Source of the DNA: Pedosphaera sp.
GTDB taxonomy: Bacteria > Verrucomicrobiota > Verrucomicrobiia > Limisphaerales > UBA9464
Reading direction: 5' to 3'
Assembly (NCBI GenBank): GCA_009695205.1
Contig: SIBK01000001.1
Span: forward strand, 48,690-112,689
Length of the DNA: 64,000 nt
Shown: in pieces, positions 19,679 through 29,300 of the stretch
Numbering within the stretch: position 1 is the stretch's first letter
How the letters are laid out: every line of letters starts with the position of its first letter
Program-made: the position numbers and the translations under genes
Notes under the pieces: model-generated
Told to the model about the DNA's origin: nothing
What the model saw: only the letters and a program-made list of their open reading frames with translations
Databases searched by the model: none

Positions 19679-22600
19679 TTTCCCGCATCCTGGAATTCTC
19701 GCTTCAACAGCGTGCCGTTGTGCTGCTCGGTGCGGTCGCGTTGCTAGGCGGCGGCCTGTGGTCCGCGTTTCATCTGCCGATGGACGCTGTGCCGGACATT
19801 ACCGGTGTCCAGGTCCAGGTAAATACCGAAGTCCCCGCGCTCGCTGCCGAAGAATCGGAAACCCTCGTCACCCAACCGATTGAGTTGGAGCTTGCCGGAT
19901 TGCCCGGCGTCGAGGAACTGCGCTCGATCACCAAGTTCGGTCTCTCGCAGGTAACCCTTCGATTCAAGGATGGCACCGATGTCTTTCGCGCGCGGCAATT
20001 AGTGACCGAGCGCTTGTCGGGAGCGCTCGAACAACTTCCGCCCGGCACCCTGCCCAAACTCGCACCCATCAGCACCGGACTCGGCGAGATCTTTTATTAC
20101 AGTGTCCGTTACCGTGAAGATACAACCAACAAGCCGGCGACGGAGCTTGAGCAACTCATCGAGTTGAGCGAACTCCAAACCTATTTCATCAAGCCGATGC
20201 TCCGCACGGTTCCTGGAATCGCGGAAATCAATGAGAGCGGCGGGTATCGCAAACAATTCGTCATCCAACCCCGACCGGACGTGCTCGCGGCGGCGGGCAT
20301 GACCTTTAGCGACCTCGCGGACCTCGTCGGGCAGAACGTCGAGAACGCCGGCGGGGGAATCATCAGCCGGGGTGGCGAACAGCTAACCATCCGCGCCGTC
20401 GGCCGCGTGCAAACCGTGGAAGACATCGCTGGGCTGCCGTTGAAATTCGGCGCGGGCATCAAGCCACTCTTCGTTTCGGACGTCGCGGACGTGAAAATAG
20501 GAACGGAATTCCGCACGGGCGCAGCCACGCTCAATGGCAGGGAAGCTGTCATCGGCACCACGATGATGCTCACCGGCGAGAACAGCCGCGCGGTCGCCGG
20601 ACGCGTGAAGGCACGGCTCGCAGAGATTCAGGAGAAGCTACCCGAAGGCGTGGAAATCCAGACGCAATACGACCGATCCGAACTCATCGGCCGCACCACC
20701 GGCACGGTGGAAAATAATCTGTTCGAGGGGGCTGCGCTCGTGGTCGTCGTGCTACTGCTCCTGCTCGGCAACTGGCGGGCAGCGCTCATCGTTTCCTGCG
20801 CTATTCCGCTGGCGTTTCTGTTCGCGTTGACGGGTATGGCGCGCTTCGGCATCTCCGGCAATTTGATGAGCCTGGGGGCGATTGATTTCGGACTCATCAT
20901 TGATGGCGCGGTGGTCATTGTGGAGAACATCGTCCGGCAACTTGGCCAGCGTCAGCATCAGCTTGGCCGCGCACTGACGGCAGAGGAACGTGCGCACGCG
21001 GTGCTGATGGCGAGCAAACAGATTGGCTCTCCGATGTTTTTTGGCGTCGTTATCATCATTGTGGTCTATGTGCCGATCCTCGCGCTAACGGGTATCGAGG
21101 GGAAAATGTTTCATCCGATGGCGCTGACGGTGATGCTCGCGCTGGGGGGTGCGCTGGTGCTGGCTCTCACGCTGATGCCGGCGTTGTGTTCGCTCATTTT
21201 GCGAGGGCAAATTCACGAGGGCGACAATCGCCTTGTCGGTTTTACCAAGCGTCTATACCAACCACTGCTGCACGCTGCCCTCAATCTCCGCTGGCTCGTC
21301 GTCCTCACCGCCGTGCTGCTCTTTGCGGGCTCGCTTTGGCTGTTCACTCGGCTCGGCGCGGAGTTCGTGCCCACCCTCGATGAAGGTTCCATTACCGCCA
21401 TGCTCTACAAGCCCGTCGGCATGAGCCTGGAGGAATCGCTCCGCACCGACATCGAGGTGGAGAATAAACTGCTCGAAGACTTTCCCGAACTCACGCGCGT
21501 CTTCTCGCGCATCGGCACCAGCGATATTGCCACCGACCCGATGCCGGTGAATGAAAGCGACGTTTACATTTTCTACAAACCGCTCAAGGAGTGGCCGGGC
21601 ACACCGGGCCGTCCGGCGAGCAAGGCGGAATTGCGCGTTCAAATCGAGACATCGCTCAAGCAAATCAATACCAACTACAACCTCCTTTTCGCGCAACCCA
21701 TCGAGATGCGATTCAATGAAATGCTCGAAGGCACGAAGGCCGAACTGGCCGTGAAGATTTTCGGTAGCGACTACGATGTGCTCGAACCTCTCGCGGAACA
21801 AATCAAGGGCATTCTCGAAAAAATGCCGGGGACGGCGCAGGTGGAATACGAAACGGAAGGCCGCACGCCCCAGTTGCAGATAAAGGTGAAGCGCGATGTG
21901 CTCCGCCGCTACAACCTGCAAAGCGGCGAAGTGAACAAGGTCGTCACCGCTGCACTCGCCGGGAGGGTTGTTGGCACCGTCGTCGAGGGCAATCACCGGC
22001 ACGACATCGTGGTGCGGATGGCGGAGACGTTGCGCGCGGACGATGAACAAATCAAAAGACTCCCGGTGCGCGTTGGCGAAAGCGGCATCCTTGCGCTCGG
22101 CAACGTGGTCGAGTTCACAAAAGTGAAGGCGGTGGAGCCCATTCAGCGAGACGACGGCCAGCGCCGGGCAGCCCTCATGGTAAACCTCCAGACGCGCGAC
22201 ATCGAAGGATATGTCCGCACGGCGGAGCGGAGCATCCAGGAGCAGGTCAGGCTGCCGGAGGGTTACCTCGTGGAGTTCGGCGGACAGTTTAAGAACTTGC
22301 AGGATGCCCGCGCGCGACTCGCCGTCGTGGTGCCCGCCGCACTCGTTCTCATATTTGTGCTCATCTTCCTCGCGTTCGGTTCGCTGCGACAGGCGTTGCT
22401 CGTATACTCTGGCATTCCGCTCGCCGTGACGGGCGGCGTGGCTGCCTTGTGGCTGCGCGGGATGCCCTTCAGCATTACGGCGGCTGTCGGTTTCATCGCG
22501 CTGACGGGCGTGGCGGTTCTTAACGGAATGGTGCTTGTCAGCTACTTCAACCAACTGCGCGAGGAGGGAAAAGCACTGCTCGATTCTGTCATCGAAGGCT

Positions 22601-22821
22601 CGCTCACGCGGCTGCGTCCGGTGTTAATGACAGCCGCTGTCGCCAGCTTCGGTTTTGTGCCGATGGCGATTGCGACGGGCGCGGGTGCGGAAGTTCAACG
22701 TCCATTGGCGACCGTGGTCATCGGTGGTATTCTGAGTTCCACATTCCTGACATTGGTGTTACTGCCGGTGCTTTATGCTTGGGCGGAGGGAAGAGCCAAG
22801 TCGCCGCGCGGCACCCCGTAG
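19675..22821 (+). CDS. czcA: CusA/CzcA heavy-metal RND efflux transporter
   Basis: DAVPDIT, GLGEIF, NLMSLGAIDFGLIIDGAVVIVEN, RLRPVLMTA and GAEVQRPLATVVIGG motifs. Confidence 0.95.
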   Translation: MISRILEFSLQQRAVVLLGAVALLGGGLWSAFHLPMDAVPDITGVQVQVNTEVPALAAEESETLVTQPIELELAGLPGVEELRSITKFGLSQVTLRFKDGTDVFRARQLVTERLSGALEQLPPGTLPKLAPISTGLGEIFYYSVRYREDTTNKPATELEQLIELSELQTYFIKPMLRTVPGIAEINESGGYRKQFVIQPRPDVLAAAGMTFSDLADLVGQNVENAGGGIISRGGEQLTIRAVGRVQTVEDIAGLPLKFGAGIKPLFVSDVADVKIGTEFRTGAATLNGREAVIGTTMMLTGENSRAVAGRVKARLAEIQEKLPEGVEIQTQYDRSELIGRTTGTVENNLFEGAALVVVVLLLLLGNWRAALIVSCAIPLAFLFALTGMARFGISGNLMSLGAIDFGLIIDGAVVIVENIVRQLGQRQHQLGRALTAEERAHAVLMASKQIGSPMFFGVVIIIVVYVPILALTGIEGKMFHPMALTVMLALGGALVLALTLMPALCSLILRGQIHEGDNRLVGFTKRLYQPLLHAALNLRWLVVLTAVLLFAGSLWLFTRLGAEFVPTLDEGSITAMLYKPVGMSLEESLRTDIEVENKLLEDFPELTRVFSRIGTSDIATDPMPVNESDVYIFYKPLKEWPGTPGRPASKAELRVQIETSLKQINTNYNLLFAQPIEMRFNEMLEGTKAELAVKIFGSDYDVLEPLAEQIKGILEKMPGTAQVEYETEGRTPQLQIKVKRDVLRRYNLQSGEVNKVVTAALAGRVVGTVVEGNHRHDIVVRMAETLRADDEQIKRLPVRVGESGILALGNVVEFTKVKAVEPIQRDDGQRRAALMVNLQTRDIEGYVRTAERSIQEQVRLPEGYLVEFGGQFKNLQDARARLAVVVPAALVLIFVLIFLAFGSLRQALLVYSGIPLAVTGGVAALWLRGMPFSITAAVGFIALTGVAVLNGMVLVSYFNQLREEGKALLDSVIEGSLTRLRPVLMTAAVASFGFVPMAIATGAGAEVQRPLATVVIGGILSSTFLTLVLLPVLYAWAEGRAKSPRGTP

Positions 22822-23004
22822 TCGCCGACGAAGAGTCCGCGCCAACCTCGTTCCACCAACGGTTCATGGGAGAGATCCTGAAACAGATGGAGGCCCAGTT
22901 GAGCGCAGGCGGGCGTCGGGTCAGAATACGAATGGTTGCGTTGCGCTTGCAGTTGTGTCGCAGTCGTTGACATGTGCCGGGTTACGCCGGAACATGCCCG
23001 CTTT

Positions 23005-24804
23005 ATGGCCGACCCGAAAGTGAATGAATCGATGGAAAAACTGGTTTCCCTCTGCAAACGACGAGGGTTTATCTTCCAGTCTTCCGAGATTTACGGAGGC
23101 ATCAACGGATTCTGGGACTACGGCCCGCTGGGCGCGGAGTTGAAACGGAACGTCAAGGATCTTTGGTGGCGGACGATGGTGCATCATCGCGATGACGTTG
23201 TCGGGTTGGAGGCCACGATTATCATGCATCCCGCCATTTGGAAGGCGTCGGGTCACGTGGACACATTTGCGGACATGATGCGGGAATGTCCTCTGACCAA
23301 GAAGCGGGTGCGGGCGGATCAGGTGGATCCGTTGTCGGGGACGATCTTGCGTTACACGGGCGCCGAGCTGCCCGGGGAAGGCGGTCGGATCGAAACGCCA
23401 GTGACGGTTCTCATGATCAAGGGGGATTACGTGGAGACCGTCCGAAACCGAGCGCGACAGCTCTATGTGGCGGCAGGGAACGACAAGTCGGCGGACCCCG
23501 CGCAGGTTAAGTTGTTGGGGGAAACGACGATTCTAGTTGAAAATTCGACGGATTTCCATCCAGACAGTCGAGTTGAATTGACCGAGCCACGGCCCTTTAA
23601 TCTGATGTTGCAGACGTATGTCGGGCCGATTCAGAGCGAGGAGAATATTGCGTATCTCCGTCCGGAAACGGCCCAGGCCATATTCGCCCAGTTTAAGAAT
23701 GTGACGGAGACATCACGGCAGAAAGTGCCCTTTGGTGTGGCACAGACGGGGAAGGCATTTCGGAACGAAGTGACGCCACGGAACTACATCTTTCGCTCGC
23801 GTGAATTCGAACAGATGGAGCTCGAGTTTTTTATCAGGCCGGATGAGGCCGTGGAGGCCCTTGCGGGGTCCGTGGCGCGGGCGTCTGACGGAGGGTGGCA
23901 AGGGGAGCCGCAGTCCAACTGGGGGTGGGAGGTATGGCACAAATACTGGGTTGAGCAACGCATCCGGTTTTACGAGGGGATTGGCCTGCCGCGCTTGGTG
24001 TTTGAAGAATACTGGCAGAAGCCCGAGGAGCTGGCGCATTATGCCCGAGCCTGTGTGGATATTCTCTATAAGTTTCCGTTTGGCACTCAGGAGTTGGAAG
24101 GAATTGCAGCGCGCGGTGATTTCGATCTGACCCAGCACGAGAAGCATTCCGGCAAGGCAATGGGTGTGTTCGATGAAGAATTGCGCGGAGCTTGGGCCCG
24201 GCTCGATGCAGGGGTTAAGAGCCGCATGCATGCCGGGTTTGTCGCGGCCAAGACGGAGGCGTTCTGCAAACGGGGCACTCCGGAAACCGACGCTCAGCAA
24301 CAGGCAGAGACGGAGGCGAAGACCTATTTTGAAAAGCTCGCAAAAGGGCAATTTGTGCCGCATGTAATCGAGCCTTCGGCAGGCGTCGATCGCCTGATTC
24401 TTGCCTTGCTCTGTCATGCCTACACGGAGGTGAGTGAAACGGACGACAAGGGGAAGGTCGAGACTCGTGTACTGCTGCGGTTCCATCCGAAGATTGCCCC
24501 GGTTAAAGTCGGGGTGATGCCCTTGTTGAAGAATAAGCCTAACCTAGTCAAGAAAGCGCTGGAGGTGCGTGATCTGTTGCGGCCACATATGACGGTTTTC
24601 TATGACGATTCGGGATCGATCGGTCGTCGGTATGCACGACAGGACGAGGCGGGTACGCCCTTCTGTTTGACGATTGATTTCGACACACTCGGTGAGAAGC
24701 CGGAGATGCTGGATACGGTAACCCTGCGGCATCGTGATGACGGACGGCAGGAGCGGATTCCGATCAGCGGTCTTGCGGAACGACTACTGCAATGGGTGCG
24801 GTAG
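23005..24804 (+). CDS. glyQS: Glycine--tRNA ligase (alpha2 type)
   Basis: CKRRGFIF, DYGPLG, YLRPETAQ, GKAFRNE, REFEQME, VIEPSAGVDR and IGRRYARQDEAGTP motifs. Confidence 0.95.
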   Translation: MADPKVNESMEKLVSLCKRRGFIFQSSEIYGGINGFWDYGPLGAELKRNVKDLWWRTMVHHRDDVVGLEATIIMHPAIWKASGHVDTFADMMRECPLTKKRVRADQVDPLSGTILRYTGAELPGEGGRIETPVTVLMIKGDYVETVRNRARQLYVAAGNDKSADPAQVKLLGETTILVENSTDFHPDSRVELTEPRPFNLMLQTYVGPIQSEENIAYLRPETAQAIFAQFKNVTETSRQKVPFGVAQTGKAFRNEVTPRNYIFRSREFEQMELEFFIRPDEAVEALAGSVARASDGGWQGEPQSNWGWEVWHKYWVEQRIRFYEGIGLPRLVFEEYWQKPEELAHYARACVDILYKFPFGTQELEGIAARGDFDLTQHEKHSGKAMGVFDEELRGAWARLDAGVKSRMHAGFVAAKTEAFCKRGTPETDAQQQAETEAKTYFEKLAKGQFVPHVIEPSAGVDRLILALLCHAYTEVSETDDKGKVETRVLLRFHPKIAPVKVGVMPLLKNKPNLVKKALEVRDLLRPHMTVFYDDSGSIGRRYARQDEAGTPFCLTIDFDTLGEKPEMLDTVTLRHRDDGRQERIPISGLAERLLQWVR

Positions 24805-24861
24805 ACCCGATGACCCCATTTCACTCCCGAATTCCGTCCTACTAGATCGCGATCATCCTGC

Positions 24862-25359
24862 ATGTCAGCCAAGACTCATGCCCCTACATTGTGGGGGATA
24901 ATCATATTCAAACTGTTCAAGGGTCTGGTGTTCCTTTCCATCGCTTTGGGAATCTACAGCCTTATTGACAACAATATTCCCAAGGATTTTCGCGCGCTTT
25001 TGGAGTTTCTGCACCTCGATCCTGAGAAGAAATTCTGGATCGATATCGCCCGCCTGCTCGAGGCAGTAACTCCGAAACGCCTCCTCTGGATCGGTTCGGG
25101 CACCGTTCTATACGCATCCATTTCACTTGTGCAGTCGTTCGGGTTGATGTTTCGCCGGAAGTGGGCGAGCTGGCTTGCGATTTCAGAGGGCGCATTCTTT
25201 ATTCCGATCGAAATCTTTGAACTGGGACACCATTATTCCGTTGGCCTTGCGGTAGTCCTATTCTTGAACATCGTGATCGTTTTCTACTTGTTTCGTAACC
25301 GGGAACGGTTGTTCGATCATAGCGGGGCGAAGCCGGCTTCGAAGCGGCCTACGGGCTAA
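24862..25359 (+). CDS. DUF2127-family membrane protein
   Basis: Four TM segments with FKLFKG and FIPIEIFEL motifs. Confidence 0.75.
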   Translation: MSAKTHAPTLWGIIIFKLFKGLVFLSIALGIYSLIDNNIPKDFRALLEFLHLDPEKKFWIDIARLLEAVTPKRLLWIGSGTVLYASISLVQSFGLMFRRKWASWLAISEGAFFIPIEIFELGHHYSVGLAVVLFLNIVIVFYLFRNRERLFDHSGAKPASKRPTG

Positions 25360-25456
25360 CCTGGAGAGGCTGTTTGAAATCTCCGGACGGACGGCAGCGG
25401 GACAATTCAGCTGAATTCAGCGCCGCCCCGCGACAGCCGGCAGTGGTGGAGAGACT

Positions 25457-26182
25457 CTATTCTCCAGCAAGATGTTCCTGCTGTATAATTAATTCACTGG
25501 CGATGATCGGATCCACACTCCAACGGCGGGCCAGCGGGACCACTCGTTCGGAGTTGGTCTGTTCGGGCGACATCTCCCCATAGGCTGGGGATACGGCTTC
25601 TTCGCCGTAGCTGCGAATCCGTAATCCGAGTAATCTCTCATCAAGGGTCACTCGGCCTTCGTTCCACTCCGTTGTGCCTGCCCACGCGTAGGCCCTCACC
25701 ACCAGACCGTCTCGTAGGCGAATCCACGAATGGTAGTTCAATACCCGGTCCGCGCTGAACAGTTGAACTTCGCCGATCTCCCGGCTGAGGCGGGTCAGAA
25801 AATGAAAACAAAAATCAACGTCCTGAGCGGGATCCGGCAGGGCACCCCCAATCACCAGGGACCATCCATCGACGGGTGGCGAAAGGAAAAGCGATCGCTC
25901 ACGGAAGCGCGAGAGCGCCTCGGACCAGAGACGGACGGCAGCTGGATCCAGCCGGAGCAATTCTCGAAGCAACGCAGTGTTCGTGCTGCGGATGGCGAGC
26001 CACCGAGGAGGCGGCTGACCGCCGAGAACACCCCGGTGTAACGTCAGGGCCGCAAGTTGATCGAAGCCGCGGTTCAGCCGTCGCAATTGCCGGACATGGC
26101 GGCGGTACAGGGCGACAAACACGGCACCCAAACCGACTACCAAGCCGAATGCACTGAGAAACGCTAAAAGAAACAGTTCCAC
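25457..26182 (-). CDS. Hypothetical membrane-anchored protein
   Basis: 241-aa ORF with an N-terminal TM helix and SPPVDGW, RAYAW and WSVDP conserved-looking motifs. Confidence 0.65.
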   Translation of the reverse strand: MELFLLAFLSAFGLVVGLGAVFVALYRRHVRQLRRLNRGFDQLAALTLHRGVLGGQPPPRWLAIRSTNTALLRELLRLDPAAVRLWSEALSRFRERSLFLSPPVDGWSLVIGGALPDPAQDVDFCFHFLTRLSREIGEVQLFSADRVLNYHSWIRLRDGLVVRAYAWAGTTEWNEGRVTLDERLLGLRIRSYGEEAVSPAYGEMSPEQTNSERVVPLARRWSVDPIIASELIIQQEHLAGE

Positions 26183-26388
26183 AATTCTCGGGTCCCATGT
26201 TCACGTTCGGAATGCCTCCGAATTTCGGGTGGAGCTGCAATCGATGCAACTTTCGTTCCCACTGGCACCGATAACGTCAGAACACAATGCCCCCAGTTAG
26301 CATGGGTTGATGTCGGCTGGCAAATCGGAAGTTTCGGGCAGCCTCGCAGCGGGTGCCGCCCGGTACCCGGGTCTCGTCACTCCAGGGT

Positions 26389-29300
26389 TCATGGAATGAT
26401 CCGGACGCGGTAGAATTGAATGACGTCGGCCGATTGTGGGGGAAATTGAACTGTGGTGGTGGTAGCGGTCACCTGGGCCGCAATTGTCCATCCGGTTGGT
26501 TCCAAGTTTCCACGGGATTCAAGCAGATAAATATGTCCCACGACTGCCGGGGATGCTTCGACTACGAGCAATCGGGTGAGTTGGGCGAGGGTTGCTTGGA
26601 GGATCGGAGACGGCGCGGGTGCCGGCGTGGTGGAGGTATTCAGCGCACCGGGAGTTGGCGCAAGTTCCGAATTCACGAAAGGTCCCGTGCCATCCGGAAC
26701 CCGGGCAAGCGAGTGATCGGTGGTCTGGGAGTTCCAAGCGACCGCATCGATCACTGAACCGGAACCGTCGGAAAAATAGACAGCGCCAAATTCAGATTCG
26801 AATTGAAGTCGACTGCCATCCGCCTGCTTGAGCATCGCCTGGACACTACGTCCCGAGATGGCGGTCAATGGCGGTAGGGGAAATTGTCGGAGGACGAGTG
26901 GGGCGGCGGACAGAGAGAAATTGTTGAGCAGCACTGGCAGATCGTTTTGATTGAAGAGTTCGACGAATTCACCAACCGGGGCACCATCCTTCTTGGTGTA
27001 CAGTTCGTTGATGACGATCCGCCTTGGATTTCCAAGAGCCATTCGGTTGTTGGCTGCACCGAAGGTCGGTTGGCCCAATCCCCAGGATCCGTTGTCCTGG
27101 CGCACCAGAGAAACTCCGGGAATTTGAGGTCCAAACACAATGCGATCCAGCACCGCTCCGCCCCGTGGAGTGCTGTCATATAGCAGGACCGACTCGCCGT
27201 CGACATCCAGCCCGAAACCCGTGTGGAATCCCAGCGGGGTCGCCAGCTTGTCGCAGAACACCGTGAGATAGCCGCCGGCGGGCAGCACCGTTCCGGCTGG
27301 GAAGACAAACTTGCGGGGCTTGGCGGGATCGTCGGTGAGACTGGTGCCCTCCAATGCGAACGGCAGGTTTCCGGGATTATAAAGTTCGATGAGATCCGGG
27401 CGGGTGACACCGAAAGGTGCGTCGTTCGTGTTGGATGCGAGAATTTCGTTGATCCGAACGTCGCCGAAATCGGCGGCAATTTGCCAGGTGGAGACGGTTC
27501 CCGGCTCGGCTTGCCAATCGCCCGCGGAGTTCTGTCCGAAGACCTGAAGGGAATGACTCCCGGTGGACAGCCCCGTGAGCAAAAGCGGCTCGTCCATGAG
27601 TCGGTCGGCGCTGAGAACTCCGCCGTCAATACGGAACCGGTATCGGCTTAGGCCGGGGCCGTACACACGACCGAGAATCGAGTGACGGGTGGTGGGGGCC
27701 TCAGGAATGCCTGTGACGATCGCGCCTGCGGGAACAAATGCTCCGAGATCAATCCCGCCGGGAGCCAGTCCGGCGGCAGAAGAACCAGTCTGTAGGTGGT
27801 AATCTTCGGGAGGAGAAATAAAGGCGGGATCTGCTGAAAAATCACCCACACCCGGCCACACAACCGTCTGGTCAAACAGAGAATTTTCGACCTTCAATTG
27901 AATCGTACCGTTCTCCAAGAGACGGGGGTCGAGATGCGCGATCACCGCGTTGTACTGAGACCATATATTATTCTGAAGAATGGCGCCGGCGGGCGGTGCT
28001 TCCCCTGGGCGGAGCGGTTCGGATACGGCCAGGGAGCCGTGTCTTCCGTGGACAAACGTATTATTGATTGCGGTGACGAATGAGCCCTCCTTGGCGATGA
28101 AATCGTAGTCATTGTCCACGAAGAGATTTCGTACGGCAACCCAGTGGCCATTTCGCGTGACGCCCCCGTAGGAGTGGTTCCCTCCGGAAATTGCGCCCGC
28201 TTCGCTGCCGTCGGAATTGGCTTTGTTGCAGTTCATGAAGAGGTTCCCCTCGATATGGGCATCCGTGCCGTCGAGATCTAGGATGTCATCACTGCCACCG
28301 AGGAAAACGTTGTCGATGAAGCGGGGAATAGGGCCTGGCCGGATGCCGCCGCTGAAGTCGATGATGTCAGCATAGCCCACCGTGCTTCCAAAGGTGTTGC
28401 CTTCAAAAAGCACCTGCCCTCCCGGCGGCCATGTCACATTTTCGCCGCGAACCGGTTCGATATACGCGACGGCCGGGAACGTGCAGTGGCGGACCACGAT
28501 CGAGCTGTCCGTAATCCAAATGATCTGTGTTCCAATTTCAGTAATTTTCTCAAAGTTTACGTCTTCCAGTAGGAGAAACGAATTTGTGATCCCTATCACT
28601 CCGGTGCGGTTTTCTCCGAAATCCGCGTATCGAATTCGAGTTTCAGTCGTGGTGTGATTCAGTTTAATGCCGGCCCAGTTGCCTGTCCCCAGGCGGTCAA
28701 AACGGATCCGGTTGGAGGCGGTTCCCTCCGCAATCAGCTGTCCCTTGACCTCCAGACCCGCTTTATTGTTGAACGAGACGCTCGTGCCGGGGGCAATTGT
28801 CAATACTCCACCAACCGGGATTACGGTCGGCCCTGTCACCTGTATAGCGCCGTCGGATGGCTGCCAATGAGTGCTGCCACCGAGCGTGCCTTCAACCGGT
28901 CGGATGGCAGTCGAAGCGCGGGCCATGCGCGCGGATCCTCGAGAGACGACTTGTCCACCCACATCGAGCGCCTCGATTGCGAGCGTATTGATTCCGGGAA
29001 GGAGGGGGACGGTTGCCTCCCATTTTCCTTCGAATCCATTCCAATCGGCTGGAATGCCGTTGACCCGAATGGCGCGCGCAAACTGGGGATTTGCGAGACC
29101 TTCGACCGTGACGGTATCCGCCGTGGTGGAACCGGTGCTCCCACCGGTGAGCGACGGAGTGGTGACACTGACCTTCTGAAGCAATGCCAGTTGCGCCGTC
29201 ACGAAATCAAAGCGCTTTTGGGCAGAAACCTTCATCCGGTTGACCACCTCGGCCGGGACATGAGGACGAAGGAGTTGATCCAGCACGGCGGCCACGCGGT

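Noticed and set aside
21253-22554. Long antisense ORFs (433 aa here, also 42645-43598, 58937-59818 and 60048-60932)
   Set aside because: They are shadows of strongly supported opposite-strand genes in high-GC DNA and contain no recognisable motifs.
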